Assembly (NCBI GenBank): GCA_028280665.1
Contig: JANQLJ010000014.1
Coordinates: 9,380 to 73,379, forward strand
Reading direction: 5' to 3'
Length of the DNA stretch: 64,000 nucleotides
Source: Alphaproteobacteria bacterium
GTDB lineage: Bacteria; Pseudomonadota; Alphaproteobacteria; JAJFIK01
Shown: in pieces, positions 30,960 to 40,838 of the stretch
Position numbering within the stretch: the stretch's first letter is position 1
How the letters are laid out: each line of letters opens with the position of its first letter
Position numbers and translations under genes: made by a program
The notes under the pieces: generated by a model
What the model was told of the DNA's origin: nothing
What the model saw: only the letters and a program-made list of their open reading frames with translations
Database searches by the model: none

Positions 30960-31234
30960 TTGGCTGATTCGGCGCCAAACCGCTTGCATTTGGGGTCTTG
31001 CTCATCTATTTAGCGCGCTAGCTCTGTACCGGAGTAAGGGAATCACTGATTACTGTCTGGACAGTTTCCGGGCGGAATCTCTTGGATGCGCATCCACCCT
31101 TGTACCCCTGAGTACCCTCATTCCCTACCCGCCCCCCGTTGCGTCAGTACAAAAAATCGACACGGCCGCCGCACATGCATTTCCGGCGCAGGCGCGCTTT
31201 GCGTTGATCTGTTTTCCGTCCATGGAGGAATAAA
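30960..31234 (+). promoter_or_regulatory. Conserved leader, copy 3, upstream of paralog C
   Basis: Same blocks. Here the palindrome is perfect (TAGCGCGCTA), followed by GGGAATCACTGATTACTGTC, GTTTCCGGGCGG, CTTGTACC, CCCGCCCCCCGTTGCGT and GTTGATCTGTTTTCC…GGAGGAATAAAATG. Confidence 0.5.
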
Positions 31235-32134
31235 ATGAAAATAAACTTGGGAAGCGGTTCCGTGATGGCCCTCGCCACGGCCTTCCTGATCGCAAGCGTG
31301 CCCGCCGCCTATGCTGACGGCGGCACCATCTTTGCGGTTCAGGGTGAAATTGCAGGCGGCATATCGACAAACGACGTGAAGAATCTCGAAGACGAAGAGC
31401 ATGATGACGAGAGCTATCCGATCATTGAGGGTGCTGTCCGCATCAATGTTCCGGCGCCGGATAACTTCGCCTTTCAGTTCGATATTGATGGTCTTGCCAC
31501 CTTCACCGACAGGGACGAAGGCGAAGAGAACCTTCAAACGGCATTTACAGGCGGCCTTCACGTGGCCCACCGGCGACCCGGCCACAACGCGGTTGGCCTC
31601 TTCGGAGCAATAGGCTCATCGAACGGCGGCGAGGATGAAAACGCGCTCTACGGCTTGTTCGGGGTGGAAGGTCAAATGACCGCCAACAACACCACGGTCA
31701 TTGGGCAGGTGGGCTATTTCATTGCCGATGATGAAACCGAAGATGACGTCATGACCGATGCCTGGGTCTTGCGCGGTGTGGCGCGGTACTTCCTGAAGCC
31801 CGATCAACGGGTCCAGGGCGAACTCACATACGCGACAGGCGAAGAAGCCGACAGCACATGCTGTGACTACGACTTCTGGGACTGGGGCCTCCGCTATGAT
31901 CAGCGCTTCGAAAACACACCCATGGGCTGGGCCCTCGGTTATCGCGGCACATATGGCAGAAACACCGAAACCCCCTCCCAAGCAGTCACAGAGCACACGG
32001 TCTTTCTGGCTTTGTCGTTCCTGTTTGGTCATGGGAGCGATCTTACGCTCCAAGCCAACAACGACGTGGGCGCCACGTGGGATCTCCCGTCCGTGGACCG
32101 GTTCACCGGGTACACAACGGAGATCATCGACTAG
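31235..32134 (+). CDS. Acidic secreted beta-rich protein, paralog C
   Basis: 299 aa. Signal peptide. Same strand pattern as paralogs A and B. Confidence 0.55.
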   Translation: MKINLGSGSVMALATAFLIASVPAAYADGGTIFAVQGEIAGGISTNDVKNLEDEEHDDESYPIIEGAVRINVPAPDNFAFQFDIDGLATFTDRDEGEENLQTAFTGGLHVAHRRPGHNAVGLFGAIGSSNGGEDENALYGLFGVEGQMTANNTTVIGQVGYFIADDETEDDVMTDAWVLRGVARYFLKPDQRVQGELTYATGEEADSTCCDYDFWDWGLRYDQRFENTPMGWALGYRGTYGRNTETPSQAVTEHTVFLALSFLFGHGSDLTLQANNDVGATWDLPSVDRFTGYTTEIID

Positions 32135-32174
32135 CCTCACCGGCTGACCAAAGTCCGGTTCACTTAAGTTGAAT

Positions 32175-32204
32175 GGGGGCGGCCCTTGGGCCGCCCCTTT
32201 TGCT
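32175..32204 (+). terminator. Intrinsic terminator after paralog C
   Basis: GGGGGCGGCCCTTGGGCCGCCCC hairpin followed by TTTTGCTTT. Confidence 0.6.
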
Positions 32205-32318
32205 TTGGCGTGCTGATACCGCGAACGGCGCGATGTTTAGTCAATTTTAATCCAGGTGACAGAGGCTGAAAATGAAAGTGGCACCCTGTGCCACTTTAAA
32301 GAGAATTAGGCCTTTGGG

Positions 32319-34787
32319 ATGTCAACCGTAAGTAAAAACTACCTGGCGAAGCGATTCCTGGTTGCGGGGCTCGTGTGCCTTGCCGCGTTCCTTGCGACCG
32401 GCTTTGCCGGATGGCGCACGATCACGTCCGCAAACGTGGCGAACAGCTACCAGTCCGCATTCCATCATCTGATCGAGGTGACATACGGCTTTGCATTTGA
32501 GGTGCATATGGCCGGTGGTGGTTCCGGCGATCATTCGGGTACGGATCCAAGACAACTGAACGCAATGCTGTACGCGCTTGCTGACATCTATGGCACGTTG
32601 CGGCGGTTCGACCCCGATGGACTGGAAGACGAGGAGGAGGAGAGTTCATCCCTCGACGAGGGCTATGACGAGCAGCATCTGGATGAAACCATCGAACTGA
32701 TCCTCTCAAACAATCCGGCGGATTATATGCCGGCCGTCACCCTGATCGGCCGCATGCCGTCCAACCTCTATGAAGCATGGGAAGATAATCCGACCAACAC
32801 CACCGAGTCGCTCGAAACGGTGATCGGCAATGTTCTCATTTTAGGAAACCAGTTTGTCAGCCAACCGGAAACGCAATTCGGTTCCGCCTCTTCCGAGGCT
32901 ATGCGCCGCGAAATCGTGGAGCTCGTGCAAAACGACGCCGCGCCGGGCATCGAGGCGCTACGCCTGCAAATGGCCGCCGATACCGTCCGTTACACGCGGA
33001 CGGTCAGGCCTTTCATCATTGCTGGCATTCTTCTCGGGATAGGCACATTGGCATTCGTGTGGCTCGCAATCTTGAGACCCATGAGTACTGCCATCCTCAA
33101 AGCGCAAGTACAAACCGCCAAGGAGCGGGACCGCGCCGTCGCTTCCGAGCGCGCCAAGTCCGAGTTTCTGGCCGTTGTCAGCCACGAAATCCGTACACCG
33201 ATGAATGCGGTGATAGGCTTCACCGATCTCCTTAAACAAAGCAGCGTGAACGAAACACAACTTGGATACCTTGAAACCATCCGGACGTCGGGCAACGATC
33301 TGATCGGGATCGTCGATGAGATACTGGATTACTCCAGATTGGAATCGAACAAGTACGAGCTTGAATCCATTACGTTCAATCCGAAAGACCTGACCGGAAG
33401 CGTTGCCAGGTTGTTCGGCCCCCGCATCGCCGAGGCGGGCCTTGATCTGGTGACGTCGGTTGACCCGGCGCTACCCGGGGAAGTTATCGGCGACGCCGGC
33501 GCCATTCGTCAGGTTTTGTTCAATCTGGTGAGTAATGCCATCAAGTTCACCCAAGCAGGAATGGTGGCGATCGAGGCGCGGTACAGCGGCACCGATGAAG
33601 ATGGCCGGCATGTTGTAGAATTTGCCGTGACCGACACCGGCATCGGCATTCCGAAGGAAAAACTCGATTCAATCTTTCAAGCTTTCACCCAAGCCGACAG
33701 TTCCGACCGGCGGCAATATGGCGGAACGGGCCTTGGCCTTGCCATATGCCGGCGCCTGATCGGCCTGATGGGCGGTACCATCCGAGCCGAAAGCACGCCG
33801 GGGCAAGGAACCTCCATGCGCGTCGCCATTCCCCTAAACGGGCCATTGAATGAAGCGGCGCCCTCAACGGCTTCCGGTGCGCCGGAGCCGGACTTACAAG
33901 GCTTGAACATACTGATTGCCGACCCCATGAACCGGAAGCGGGAGTTGATCGCCGCTCTCCTCACATCGTGCGGAGCGGATGTTTCGTTGGTGCATAGTGT
34001 AAGCGAAGCCAAACGCGAGATCGAAACCGCGGCGCGGAAGGGCGCGCCTTTCCATGTTGCGGTCTTCAATGAAGCCGCCGCCGGGGCCCACGACCACCTG
34101 GTGTGGGAGGAACTCAAATCCGCAGGCGATGGTCCGGCCCCTCACTTGATCCTCATTACTGGCAATCATGTCGAAAGCACTTCAGGGGGCACCGGCCTGG
34201 ACGGACTAGTGAACGTGTGCCCCAAACCTCTTGCGGTTCATGATCTCGCCGCACTGATCTATCAGGCCGCTGTCAATCCTGAACATTCTGATTGCGCCGA
34301 TGACGCGGGGGGGACCGAAACGGGGGACAGGGCATCCGGGGGGCAAACCCCCCTATCTCCCCCCGGTCACAAAGGTACGATCCTTCTTGCCGAGGACAAC
34401 GTCCCCAACCAGCAACTGCTCAAGATCGGTCTGACCCAGGCGGGGTATGTGGTTCAGGCCGTCACCAATGGCAAGGACGCCGTCGAGGCCACCAAGCAAT
34501 TCGCATACGACATCATCCTGATGGACCGGAACATGCCCGTCATGGACGGCATTGCCGCCATCGAGCTTATACGCGCCGCCGGTGGCCCGAATGCAAACGT
34601 GCCCATTCTGGCCGTGACGGCAAGTGCCTTTGACAGAAATCGGGACGAATTTATCACAGCAGGCGCCGATGACTTTGTTCGCAAACCGATAGATTTGGAA
34701 TTGATCCTTACACAGATTGAGAACTGGATCGCCTCCGGGCGCAATGTGCAAGGCCGCCCTTCACCGGCAACAAAAAGCGTTGCGTAA
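32319..34787 (+). CDS. Hybrid sensor histidine kinase/response regulator
   Basis: Two TM segments flank a periplasmic sensor region. HisKA H-box SHEIRTPMNAV. HATPase N/G boxes (LVSNAIKFT, DTGIGI, GGTGLGLAI). An internal receiver-like domain and a C-terminal REC (ILLAEDN…ILMDRNMPVMDG). Confidence 0.85.
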   Translation: MSTVSKNYLAKRFLVAGLVCLAAFLATGFAGWRTITSANVANSYQSAFHHLIEVTYGFAFEVHMAGGGSGDHSGTDPRQLNAMLYALADIYGTLRRFDPDGLEDEEEESSSLDEGYDEQHLDETIELILSNNPADYMPAVTLIGRMPSNLYEAWEDNPTNTTESLETVIGNVLILGNQFVSQPETQFGSASSEAMRREIVELVQNDAAPGIEALRLQMAADTVRYTRTVRPFIIAGILLGIGTLAFVWLAILRPMSTAILKAQVQTAKERDRAVASERAKSEFLAVVSHEIRTPMNAVIGFTDLLKQSSVNETQLGYLETIRTSGNDLIGIVDEILDYSRLESNKYELESITFNPKDLTGSVARLFGPRIAEAGLDLVTSVDPALPGEVIGDAGAIRQVLFNLVSNAIKFTQAGMVAIEARYSGTDEDGRHVVEFAVTDTGIGIPKEKLDSIFQAFTQADSSDRRQYGGTGLGLAICRRLIGLMGGTIRAESTPGQGTSMRVAIPLNGPLNEAAPSTASGAPEPDLQGLNILIADPMNRKRELIAALLTSCGADVSLVHSVSEAKREIETAARKGAPFHVAVFNEAAAGAHDHLVWEELKSAGDGPAPHLILITGNHVESTSGGTGLDGLVNVCPKPLAVHDLAALIYQAAVNPEHSDCADDAGGTETGDRASGGQTPLSPPGHKGTILLAEDNVPNQQLLKIGLTQAGYVVQAVTNGKDAVEATKQFAYDIILMDRNMPVMDGIAAIELIRAAGGPNANVPILAVTASAFDRNRDEFITAGADDFVRKPIDLELILTQIENWIASGRNVQGRPSPATKSVA

Positions 34788-34831
34788 CGTCCCGCCGGGG
34801 TTTGGCGCCATCAAAGCAAAGGGGGATACTC

Positions 34832-35653
34832 ATGTTCCAGGACCGCTCAGCGTGCGGGGAACCGCTAAAGGTTGTTTTCGCAATCTGTCTGTGCGTTGCT
34901 GTCCTAAGCGGAACAGCGGCGCAGGCCACTGATGATGAGGACGAAGGTCACGACTTTCTTTTCCTAGTGGAAGAAGCCTACACCCAAGAGGACGGCGAGA
35001 TACAATTGACCGCTGCCTTGCATCGAAGCCCCCTTGATGACGGCGGGTGGATGCTCGGCTTGAGCGGCGAATATGGCATCACCGATCGCCTGCAAGCCGA
35101 GGTCGAAGTGCCCGTTTACTTGGATTCGCCCGGTGATGAGGCCGACGGCATTGGCGATCTTGAAGTCGAGCTGGCCTTCGCCGTGATTGAAGAAAGTGAC
35201 ACCCTGCCTCAAGTGACCATCTCCGCGGGCGTTCTCGTCCCCACGGGCGACGACAGCGAAGGCCTGGGCAGCGGGGGCTGGGGATACGAAGCGGGCCTTG
35301 CGGTCAGCCGGCGGCTGGGCCGCGCCGGCTTTCTTTATGGCGCAGGCAGCTTCGAGCGGGTGCCCGACGGCCAAGACGAAGACGGCGACCCGATCGAAAT
35401 CGAGGAATGGTCCTTTGCCGCGGGCGTGGCGCTCGCCGTCAACGACCGCACTACGGGTTTGATCGAGATATCATCGGAGCGCGAGCGGGAGGAAGGCGGC
35501 GGTGAGACCGAAATCGAGCGCGAGACGCTTCTTTCCCTTGGGTTTTCTTTCGAGCTCAACGACTATTTTGAGCTAGGCGCCGCCTATCAAATTGGGCTCT
35601 CCGACGACGCACCTGACGACGGCATCATCTTCAAAATCAAGGCGGAATGGTAG
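34832..35653 (+). CDS. Acidic outer-membrane beta-barrel protein (MetA-pathway/porin-2-like family candidate)
   Basis: Start at MFQDRS. Signal peptide AICLCVAVLSGTAAQA. Alternating beta-strand pattern. Terminal aromatic ending …IIFKIKAEW, as typical of OMPs. Confidence 0.5.
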   Translation: MFQDRSACGEPLKVVFAICLCVAVLSGTAAQATDDEDEGHDFLFLVEEAYTQEDGEIQLTAALHRSPLDDGGWMLGLSGEYGITDRLQAEVEVPVYLDSPGDEADGIGDLEVELAFAVIEESDTLPQVTISAGVLVPTGDDSEGLGSGGWGYEAGLAVSRRLGRAGFLYGAGSFERVPDGQDEDGDPIEIEEWSFAAGVALAVNDRTTGLIEISSEREREEGGGETEIERETLLSLGFSFELNDYFELGAAYQIGLSDDAPDDGIIFKIKAEW

Positions 35654-35828
35654 GGAACCTCCCGCGGTAAGGCCAAAGCCTTGGAGATTCCCTCTATCTC
35701 CCGGTGACAATGCCGTGATCCCCAAGGCGATCTACAGAAGGTGACGGCTTTGTAACTATGTGCCGGGACGCGCCCGTGCTTGCATCCTTCCGAATACCCA
35801 GTGCGCTTGATTTCATGCGCCGGCAGTC

Positions 35829-36629
35829 TTGCATGAGGGGCACGAGAGGATGAACCAGACAAAGCGCGTAACGCTTTACGAAGACCAGGACCTCCAATCC
35901 ACGGTGACCTGGTATGCGCCGCATCTGCGCATGAAGACCCATGCGCACGGCGTGCATCAGTTTTCCTTTCTGCTCGCGGGCGGGCTGACCGAAGAGACCG
36001 CACGCGATACGAAAACATGCGAGGTGCCGAGCCGGGGCATTAAATGCGCCGGGCAAGTTCACGCGAACCGCTACGGCCCGCACGGCGCCCTGATCCTTAC
36101 AGCTAATCTCAACCCTGAAGCCGCCGAGCCCATACACCAGCCCCCTTGGCGGTGGGAGCACATGACCGCGCCCAAGGATTGCGCCGCATTCGGCGCCCCG
36201 TTGCTCAAATCGCTTTGGCTAAGCCCGCAAGAAGAACGGCGTGACATCATTTGGGATCTGATCGCCCATCAATTCAGCGAAGAAGATCGCGCACCCGAGG
36301 ATGCCTGTCCCCGCTGGCTCAAACGGGTGCTTGAGGAACTGCATGAATCCCCCGAAAGCGCCGACCTTGGCGGGCTCGCGGTTAAACACGGCATTCATCG
36401 CGGGCACCTCTCGCGCGCCTTCAAGCGCCGGTTCGGCGTCAGTCCCAGCCAATACCGTGCGCGTATTAAGGTTATGCGCGGCATCACCCGCCTCATGCAG
36501 GGCCAACGCCCCGCGCAAGCCGCCCTTGGTGCGGGGTTCGCCGACCAAAGCCATTTCTCCCGCGTGGTTAGCCGGTATTTGGGCGTAACTCCCGGGTCTC
36601 TGAAAGGGTTTCTGCACGCGGCAAGTTAA
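35829..36629 (+). CDS. AraC family transcriptional regulator
   Basis: C-terminal AraC HTH (LAVKHGIHRGHLSRAFKRRFGVSPSQYR). Start ambiguous (35829 or 35850). Confidence 0.75.
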   Translation: MHEGHERMNQTKRVTLYEDQDLQSTVTWYAPHLRMKTHAHGVHQFSFLLAGGLTEETARDTKTCEVPSRGIKCAGQVHANRYGPHGALILTANLNPEAAEPIHQPPWRWEHMTAPKDCAAFGAPLLKSLWLSPQEERRDIIWDLIAHQFSEEDRAPEDACPRWLKRVLEELHESPESADLGGLAVKHGIHRGHLSRAFKRRFGVSPSQYRARIKVMRGITRLMQGQRPAQAALGAGFADQSHFSRVVSRYLGVTPGSLKGFLHAAS

Positions 36630-36695
36630 ATCCGTTCAAGACCGGCATGGCCTCACGGCTCACAATGAAAGCAAACTGACTGCCGGGGAAAACCA

Positions 36696-38297
36696 ATGAA
36701 CGCCAAATTTGTACTCGCCGCCGGGACTCTCACGCTTGCCCTTGGTGGTTGTGCGGGTGCGCAAGCGCCTTATACTAATCTTTATACGGATGATGAATTT
36801 ACCCGGATCGAAACGGGCATGAATGCGCTGCTTGATGCCTTCGAGGCCCATGAGGAATTCCCGCCCGGATACACCGTCACCGTTGCCACCACCGACGGCC
36901 GCGTCTGGATTCGCACCGGCGGCACGCTGCGTGAGGGGTCTGGGTTAGTCGCCGAGCCCACCTCCGCCTTCTATATCGCCTCGATGACCAAGGCCTATAT
37001 GGGTCTGCTGGCGGCCCATCTGGACAGCGAGGGGGTGCTGCCGCTCGATACAAGCCTCGCGGATTATTGGCCCGGCCTTGAGATGCCTGGTGGCTTGAGC
37101 GCATCGGAGGTCACGCTGCATGACCTCATCACCCACCAAGTCCCGATCACCGCGGGTGAGATTATCGGCACCGAGGCCTATTTCCGCGACCTCGTGCCGG
37201 AAGAATATCCCGCCTATATCGAGACTTACGCCGTACCGCGCGAGCCCGGCTTTCAATACGACAATCTGGGCTACAACATCTACGCCGCGATCCTGGAACA
37301 GGAAACGGGCAAGAACTGGCGCGACTGGCTGCAGGAGGTGATTTTCGGCCCCAACGGGATGACCGGGACATCGGGCCGCACATCGGACTTTGATCCCGCC
37401 ACCGTTGCATGGGGCCATCAGCTCGACACGGGCATCGCGCCCGTGTGGCCCGCGGCGGAGGGCTGGCACCTTATCCCGCCCAAGACCGACGGCATGATGC
37501 AGTCGGCGGGCGGGCTGATGACCACTGCCGAAGACCTCGCCACGTGGCTGCGCATGAACCTCACTCACGAAGCGAGCGGCATCGACGCAGAGACCTTCGC
37601 ACGTGCGCAAACCGAATATGCGCAACAGGAAGGCGACGGGCACGGCTTTTCTGATGTGGGCTACACCTACGGCTGGAACACCACCGTGCTAATCCATGAA
37701 CGCGCCGATGCAAGCGGCGAGATCCCCGCTAACACGCCGCTTCTGCAGCACGGCGGCGGGTATACGGGCTATGCTTCGCTGATCACCATGGCGCTGGAAG
37801 CAGGCATCGGGGTCGCGGTCACCCTCAATGCGGATGGCGCCGCCTACTTCACGGCCTTTGAAATCTCAGAGCAGTTATTCGAACTGGCCCTCGGCATCCA
37901 GGACATCGAAACCGCAACACAAAACCGGGCCAGCCTCTTTGAGCGCGTCACGACCCATTTTCGCACGACGCGCCAGGAACGCATGGTGGAAGCCCTCGCC
38001 GAAGAGCGTTGGGGGGATGGCGGCTGGACGCCTGATGCCACCACGCTCGATGCCTATGTGGGCCGTTATGAAAGCGAAGGCTGGCTGCCTTATGTGGAGA
38101 TCACCCGCGAGGGCGATATTCTCCGCGCTCGGCTCTATGACGCCCAGCGCTATGTGGTGCCGCACAGCCTGGACATTTTCCTGGGCTTTGCCGATGCCGC
38201 CTACATCCCCGAATACTTCCACTTCACGCGGGACGAGGGCGGCGCCGTCACCGGCCTCACCTGGGATGAAGATGTGTTCGTAAAGGTGAGCGACTGA
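36696..38297 (+). CDS. Serine hydrolase, class C beta-lactamase-related lipoprotein
   Basis: Lipobox LALGGCAG. SxxK active-site motif in FYIASMTKAY. YxN-like region. Extra C-terminal domain. Confidence 0.75.
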   Translation: MNAKFVLAAGTLTLALGGCAGAQAPYTNLYTDDEFTRIETGMNALLDAFEAHEEFPPGYTVTVATTDGRVWIRTGGTLREGSGLVAEPTSAFYIASMTKAYMGLLAAHLDSEGVLPLDTSLADYWPGLEMPGGLSASEVTLHDLITHQVPITAGEIIGTEAYFRDLVPEEYPAYIETYAVPREPGFQYDNLGYNIYAAILEQETGKNWRDWLQEVIFGPNGMTGTSGRTSDFDPATVAWGHQLDTGIAPVWPAAEGWHLIPPKTDGMMQSAGGLMTTAEDLATWLRMNLTHEASGIDAETFARAQTEYAQQEGDGHGFSDVGYTYGWNTTVLIHERADASGEIPANTPLLQHGGGYTGYASLITMALEAGIGVAVTLNADGAAYFTAFEISEQLFELALGIQDIETATQNRASLFERVTTHFRTTRQERMVEALAEERWGDGGWTPDATTLDAYVGRYESEGWLPYVEITREGDILRARLYDAQRYVVPHSLDIFLGFADAAYIPEYFHFTRDEGGAVTGLTWDEDVFVKVSD

Positions 38298-38323
38298 GCA
38301 CTGCAACAGCGAACAAGACTTGA

Positions 38324-38370
38324 TTGGTAGCGGAGGAGGGACTCGAACCCCCGACACGCGGATTATGATT
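38324..38370. repeat. 47-bp direct repeat (att-like) copying the 3' end of tRNA-Met
   Basis: TTGGTAGCGGAGGAGGGACTCGAACCCCCGACACGCGGATTATGATT is identical to 40838..40884. Confidence 0.75.
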
Positions 38371-40837
38371 GAGGCCGCAAACTCCAATGGGCTCCCACAC
38401 GCTCCCCGTCACTTCTAGTTGTGTGGTTTCAAACGCCTAGGTCCACATTTGGGGGTAAGGTGTTTCAGGCGAATAGCCAAACTACACCCATCGCAAGCAT
38501 TTTATCTGTCGTTAGCCATTTGCGCCTTACAGCAGTTGGTAGACGTCGTTCTGAGAGCCTCTGGCAAACAGAGTATCGCAACCAATGCTTGCAAAACAAT
38601 ATAGCGTCTACTATCTTGCCACGATGATGTATGGAATTGGGAATTGATGGCTAGATGAAAGAGGCGCTTTCAAAATCATTTCTGAATGCATGCCTTGATG
38701 GAGAACTTAAGACAGATGTGTTTTTCCGTGATTGGTTCCTGGTCAACGGCAGTTCATATGTCTTTCTCTTCAGAAAGAGCGCACGCATAACAAATCTACA
38801 GTTCGCGGAGTTCTTCTCGCTCCTGCAGATGAACTTGAAGGATAAGGCGAGTGGCTCTCCACTCACGGATCCTCAGTTTATCACGTCTCAAGATTTCAAA
38901 GTAGCACTTTCCCAAATGTGTCAGGAATTCTCCGGATTCGGTGCGGAGGAGATTAGATGCGTTACCGAACTGTTTAGTGACATGCTGGGCCGCCAAATTG
39001 TCTGCAACGGTTTTCACTGCAGCTACATAGTATACGTTCCACCGCACCTAGAGTTGGATATTCTCAATATGTGTGCGTCGTCAGGGTATATTCACTCGTG
39101 CGGTCACCTTGTCTTTGCAAGGAACATCAATAAGGTTTCCGAAGATTTCATTAAGAGTCGGCTAGAGGCACACCTAAAGCGGTATCCAGTTCAGACCGAT
39201 TCGAAAGTCCTGTTTACAGTTTATACCCATGAAGACTTCTCGAAATTTGATCGCGCTATGTCCTCCGATCTTCGGTATGGTCTCGATGGCGTGAAGATCC
39301 ATATCAACAAAGCCTTTGTTGGAAGAACGAGTCTAATAAATGCGCTCAGCAACATTAGAGATAGATTTGAAGATGAGATCGAAGTTTCCGAAGCTGGATT
39401 TTACAAAAAATCTCGAAGGGATTACACAGAAGCACACCCAGACGCTGAGCCGCGTACACTTTGGCTGATTTGCGATGCTGGGCTTGGCCCTGGCTCCAAA
39501 TACCCAAACGATGAAAAGTACTATGTTTGCTATGATCAGCTATACATAAATGAAAACCCGTTCTATTTATTCGACGAGGATAAACCAGCATGGGCGAGCC
39601 ACACAACAATTCCGCACACAATGGCCGGCGCGCTTGTAAACATTTCCCGTCCCTGGTGGAATTCCAATCGAAGAACCGAAATCGTTGACCCCTTTGGAGG
39701 ATCAGGAACGGTTTTCTTTGAGGCAATTAAGTTTCAAGAGGTTGGCGCTCAATCCTTTGATCTATCCCCTATTTCGAGCCAGTTACTTAGAGACAATTTG
39801 CGGTTATTTACAGCTACCAAAGATGAGTTAGAGGAATTGCTCAATCATATTGGGTCGCTAATTCGTGATGGCCGCTTAGTTACATCGGAACCCCATTTTG
39901 CAAAAACACAACCACCAAATGAGACCATTGAAGGCTACGAATGGGCAACTGGACTGTTGGGTAAACTGCATTGTAAACGCCGTGAAACAAATTATGACTT
40001 TTCACCTGATGATGTGGCAAATCTATGCCAAAAGTCATTTCTGACTCGAGTAATCTTCTATCTGGTCCTGAAAGCTGCAATTAGAGGATCACCAGAGATT
40101 CAGCGGCAAAACAGTGATTGGCAAGCTCTTTTCTTGGACCAACACGCCAATCTCATAGAGAGATTGGAGCTACTAATCGATGTTCGGAGAAGAGACATTG
40201 ATTCTAAATTGGAAACCCATGATGTGCTGACGTTCGCTGGATCTTACTCCCGCTCCTGTCGGCCTGCCCTCCATGCCCCACAAAAAGCTACTGATGGTAA
40301 TTGGGCAATGGATTGGGCGAAGCGTGACGTGCTTGAACTTAAGCCAAACTCATGTGACGTGATTATCACTGATCCACCATACGGCTTCAATACAGATCAA
40401 GATCACCTCGAACTGGCGACACTTTTTCAAAATGCTGTGCCCTCTATGTTAAGAGCCATACGTAGCGGCGGCCAACTGATCATTTGCTGCCCCGACCATT
40501 CATATTCTGGTCGGACACTGCCCTTCTATACTGATCCAAGGTTTCTTGTGCATCAAGTTCTTGGAATTGCGAGACAATGTGGAAAAGAGATTCTCCAACC
40601 TTCGTACTCTCTTCCGGCAGAAGTACGCAATGTAAGGCCGCCATACTACTGGGAATCAGAGAGGGCTTTGCGACGGAGAATTCTGCATTTTTGGATGAGA
40701 GACATCACTTCAATTTGAAATCGCTCCTACGAAGCCCAACGGCATATCCCAATTGACCAGACGTCCTCATAAATATTCCTAAATCAAAGCCTGACAGGGC
40801 GCGTGCTCAATTCCGCAAATGTTTATCTGATTTTTTG
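38371..40837. mobile_element. tRNA-Met-associated genomic islet, about 2.5 kb, atypically low GC, no integrase
   Basis: Bounded by the 47-bp direct repeats. Composition roughly 42-45% GC (by eye) against about 63% in the flanks. Contains a single large ORF. Confidence 0.55.
38655..40718 (+). CDS. Islet-borne 687-aa protein with a (D/N)PPY amino-methyltransferase domain and an unrecognised N-terminal domain
   Basis: Motif I IVDPFGGSGTVFFEA resembles the DPxCGSGTxxIEA of RlmL/Trm11/UPF0020 N2-G RNA methyltransferases. Motif IV is IITDPPYGFN. About 220 aa separate them. The N-terminal ~330 aa match nothing I recognise. Confidence 0.55.
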   Translation: MKEALSKSFLNACLDGELKTDVFFRDWFLVNGSSYVFLFRKSARITNLQFAEFFSLLQMNLKDKASGSPLTDPQFITSQDFKVALSQMCQEFSGFGAEEIRCVTELFSDMLGRQIVCNGFHCSYIVYVPPHLELDILNMCASSGYIHSCGHLVFARNINKVSEDFIKSRLEAHLKRYPVQTDSKVLFTVYTHEDFSKFDRAMSSDLRYGLDGVKIHINKAFVGRTSLINALSNIRDRFEDEIEVSEAGFYKKSRRDYTEAHPDAEPRTLWLICDAGLGPGSKYPNDEKYYVCYDQLYINENPFYLFDEDKPAWASHTTIPHTMAGALVNISRPWWNSNRRTEIVDPFGGSGTVFFEAIKFQEVGAQSFDLSPISSQLLRDNLRLFTATKDELEELLNHIGSLIRDGRLVTSEPHFAKTQPPNETIEGYEWATGLLGKLHCKRRETNYDFSPDDVANLCQKSFLTRVIFYLVLKAAIRGSPEIQRQNSDWQALFLDQHANLIERLELLIDVRRRDIDSKLETHDVLTFAGSYSRSCRPALHAPQKATDGNWAMDWAKRDVLELKPNSCDVIITDPPYGFNTDQDHLELATLFQNAVPSMLRAIRSGGQLIICCPDHSYSGRTLPFYTDPRFLVHQVLGIARQCGKEILQPSYSLPAEVRNVRPPYYWESERALRRRILHFWMRDITSI

Positions 40838-40838
40838 T

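Noticed and set aside
28300-32210. CRISPR array or mobile cassette explanation for the triplicated region
   Set aside because: Repeat units are about 1.25 kb, each with a full gene. There are no short regular repeat-spacer units or transposase or integrase genes. It is a gene-cassette duplication.
38371-40837. Searched the islet and its flanks for an integrase or recombinase, or a second ORF
   Set aside because: The 687-aa protein has no R-H-R-Y or Ser-recombinase motif. The remaining islet DNA (38371..38654, 40719..40838) holds only 60-70-aa junk frames.
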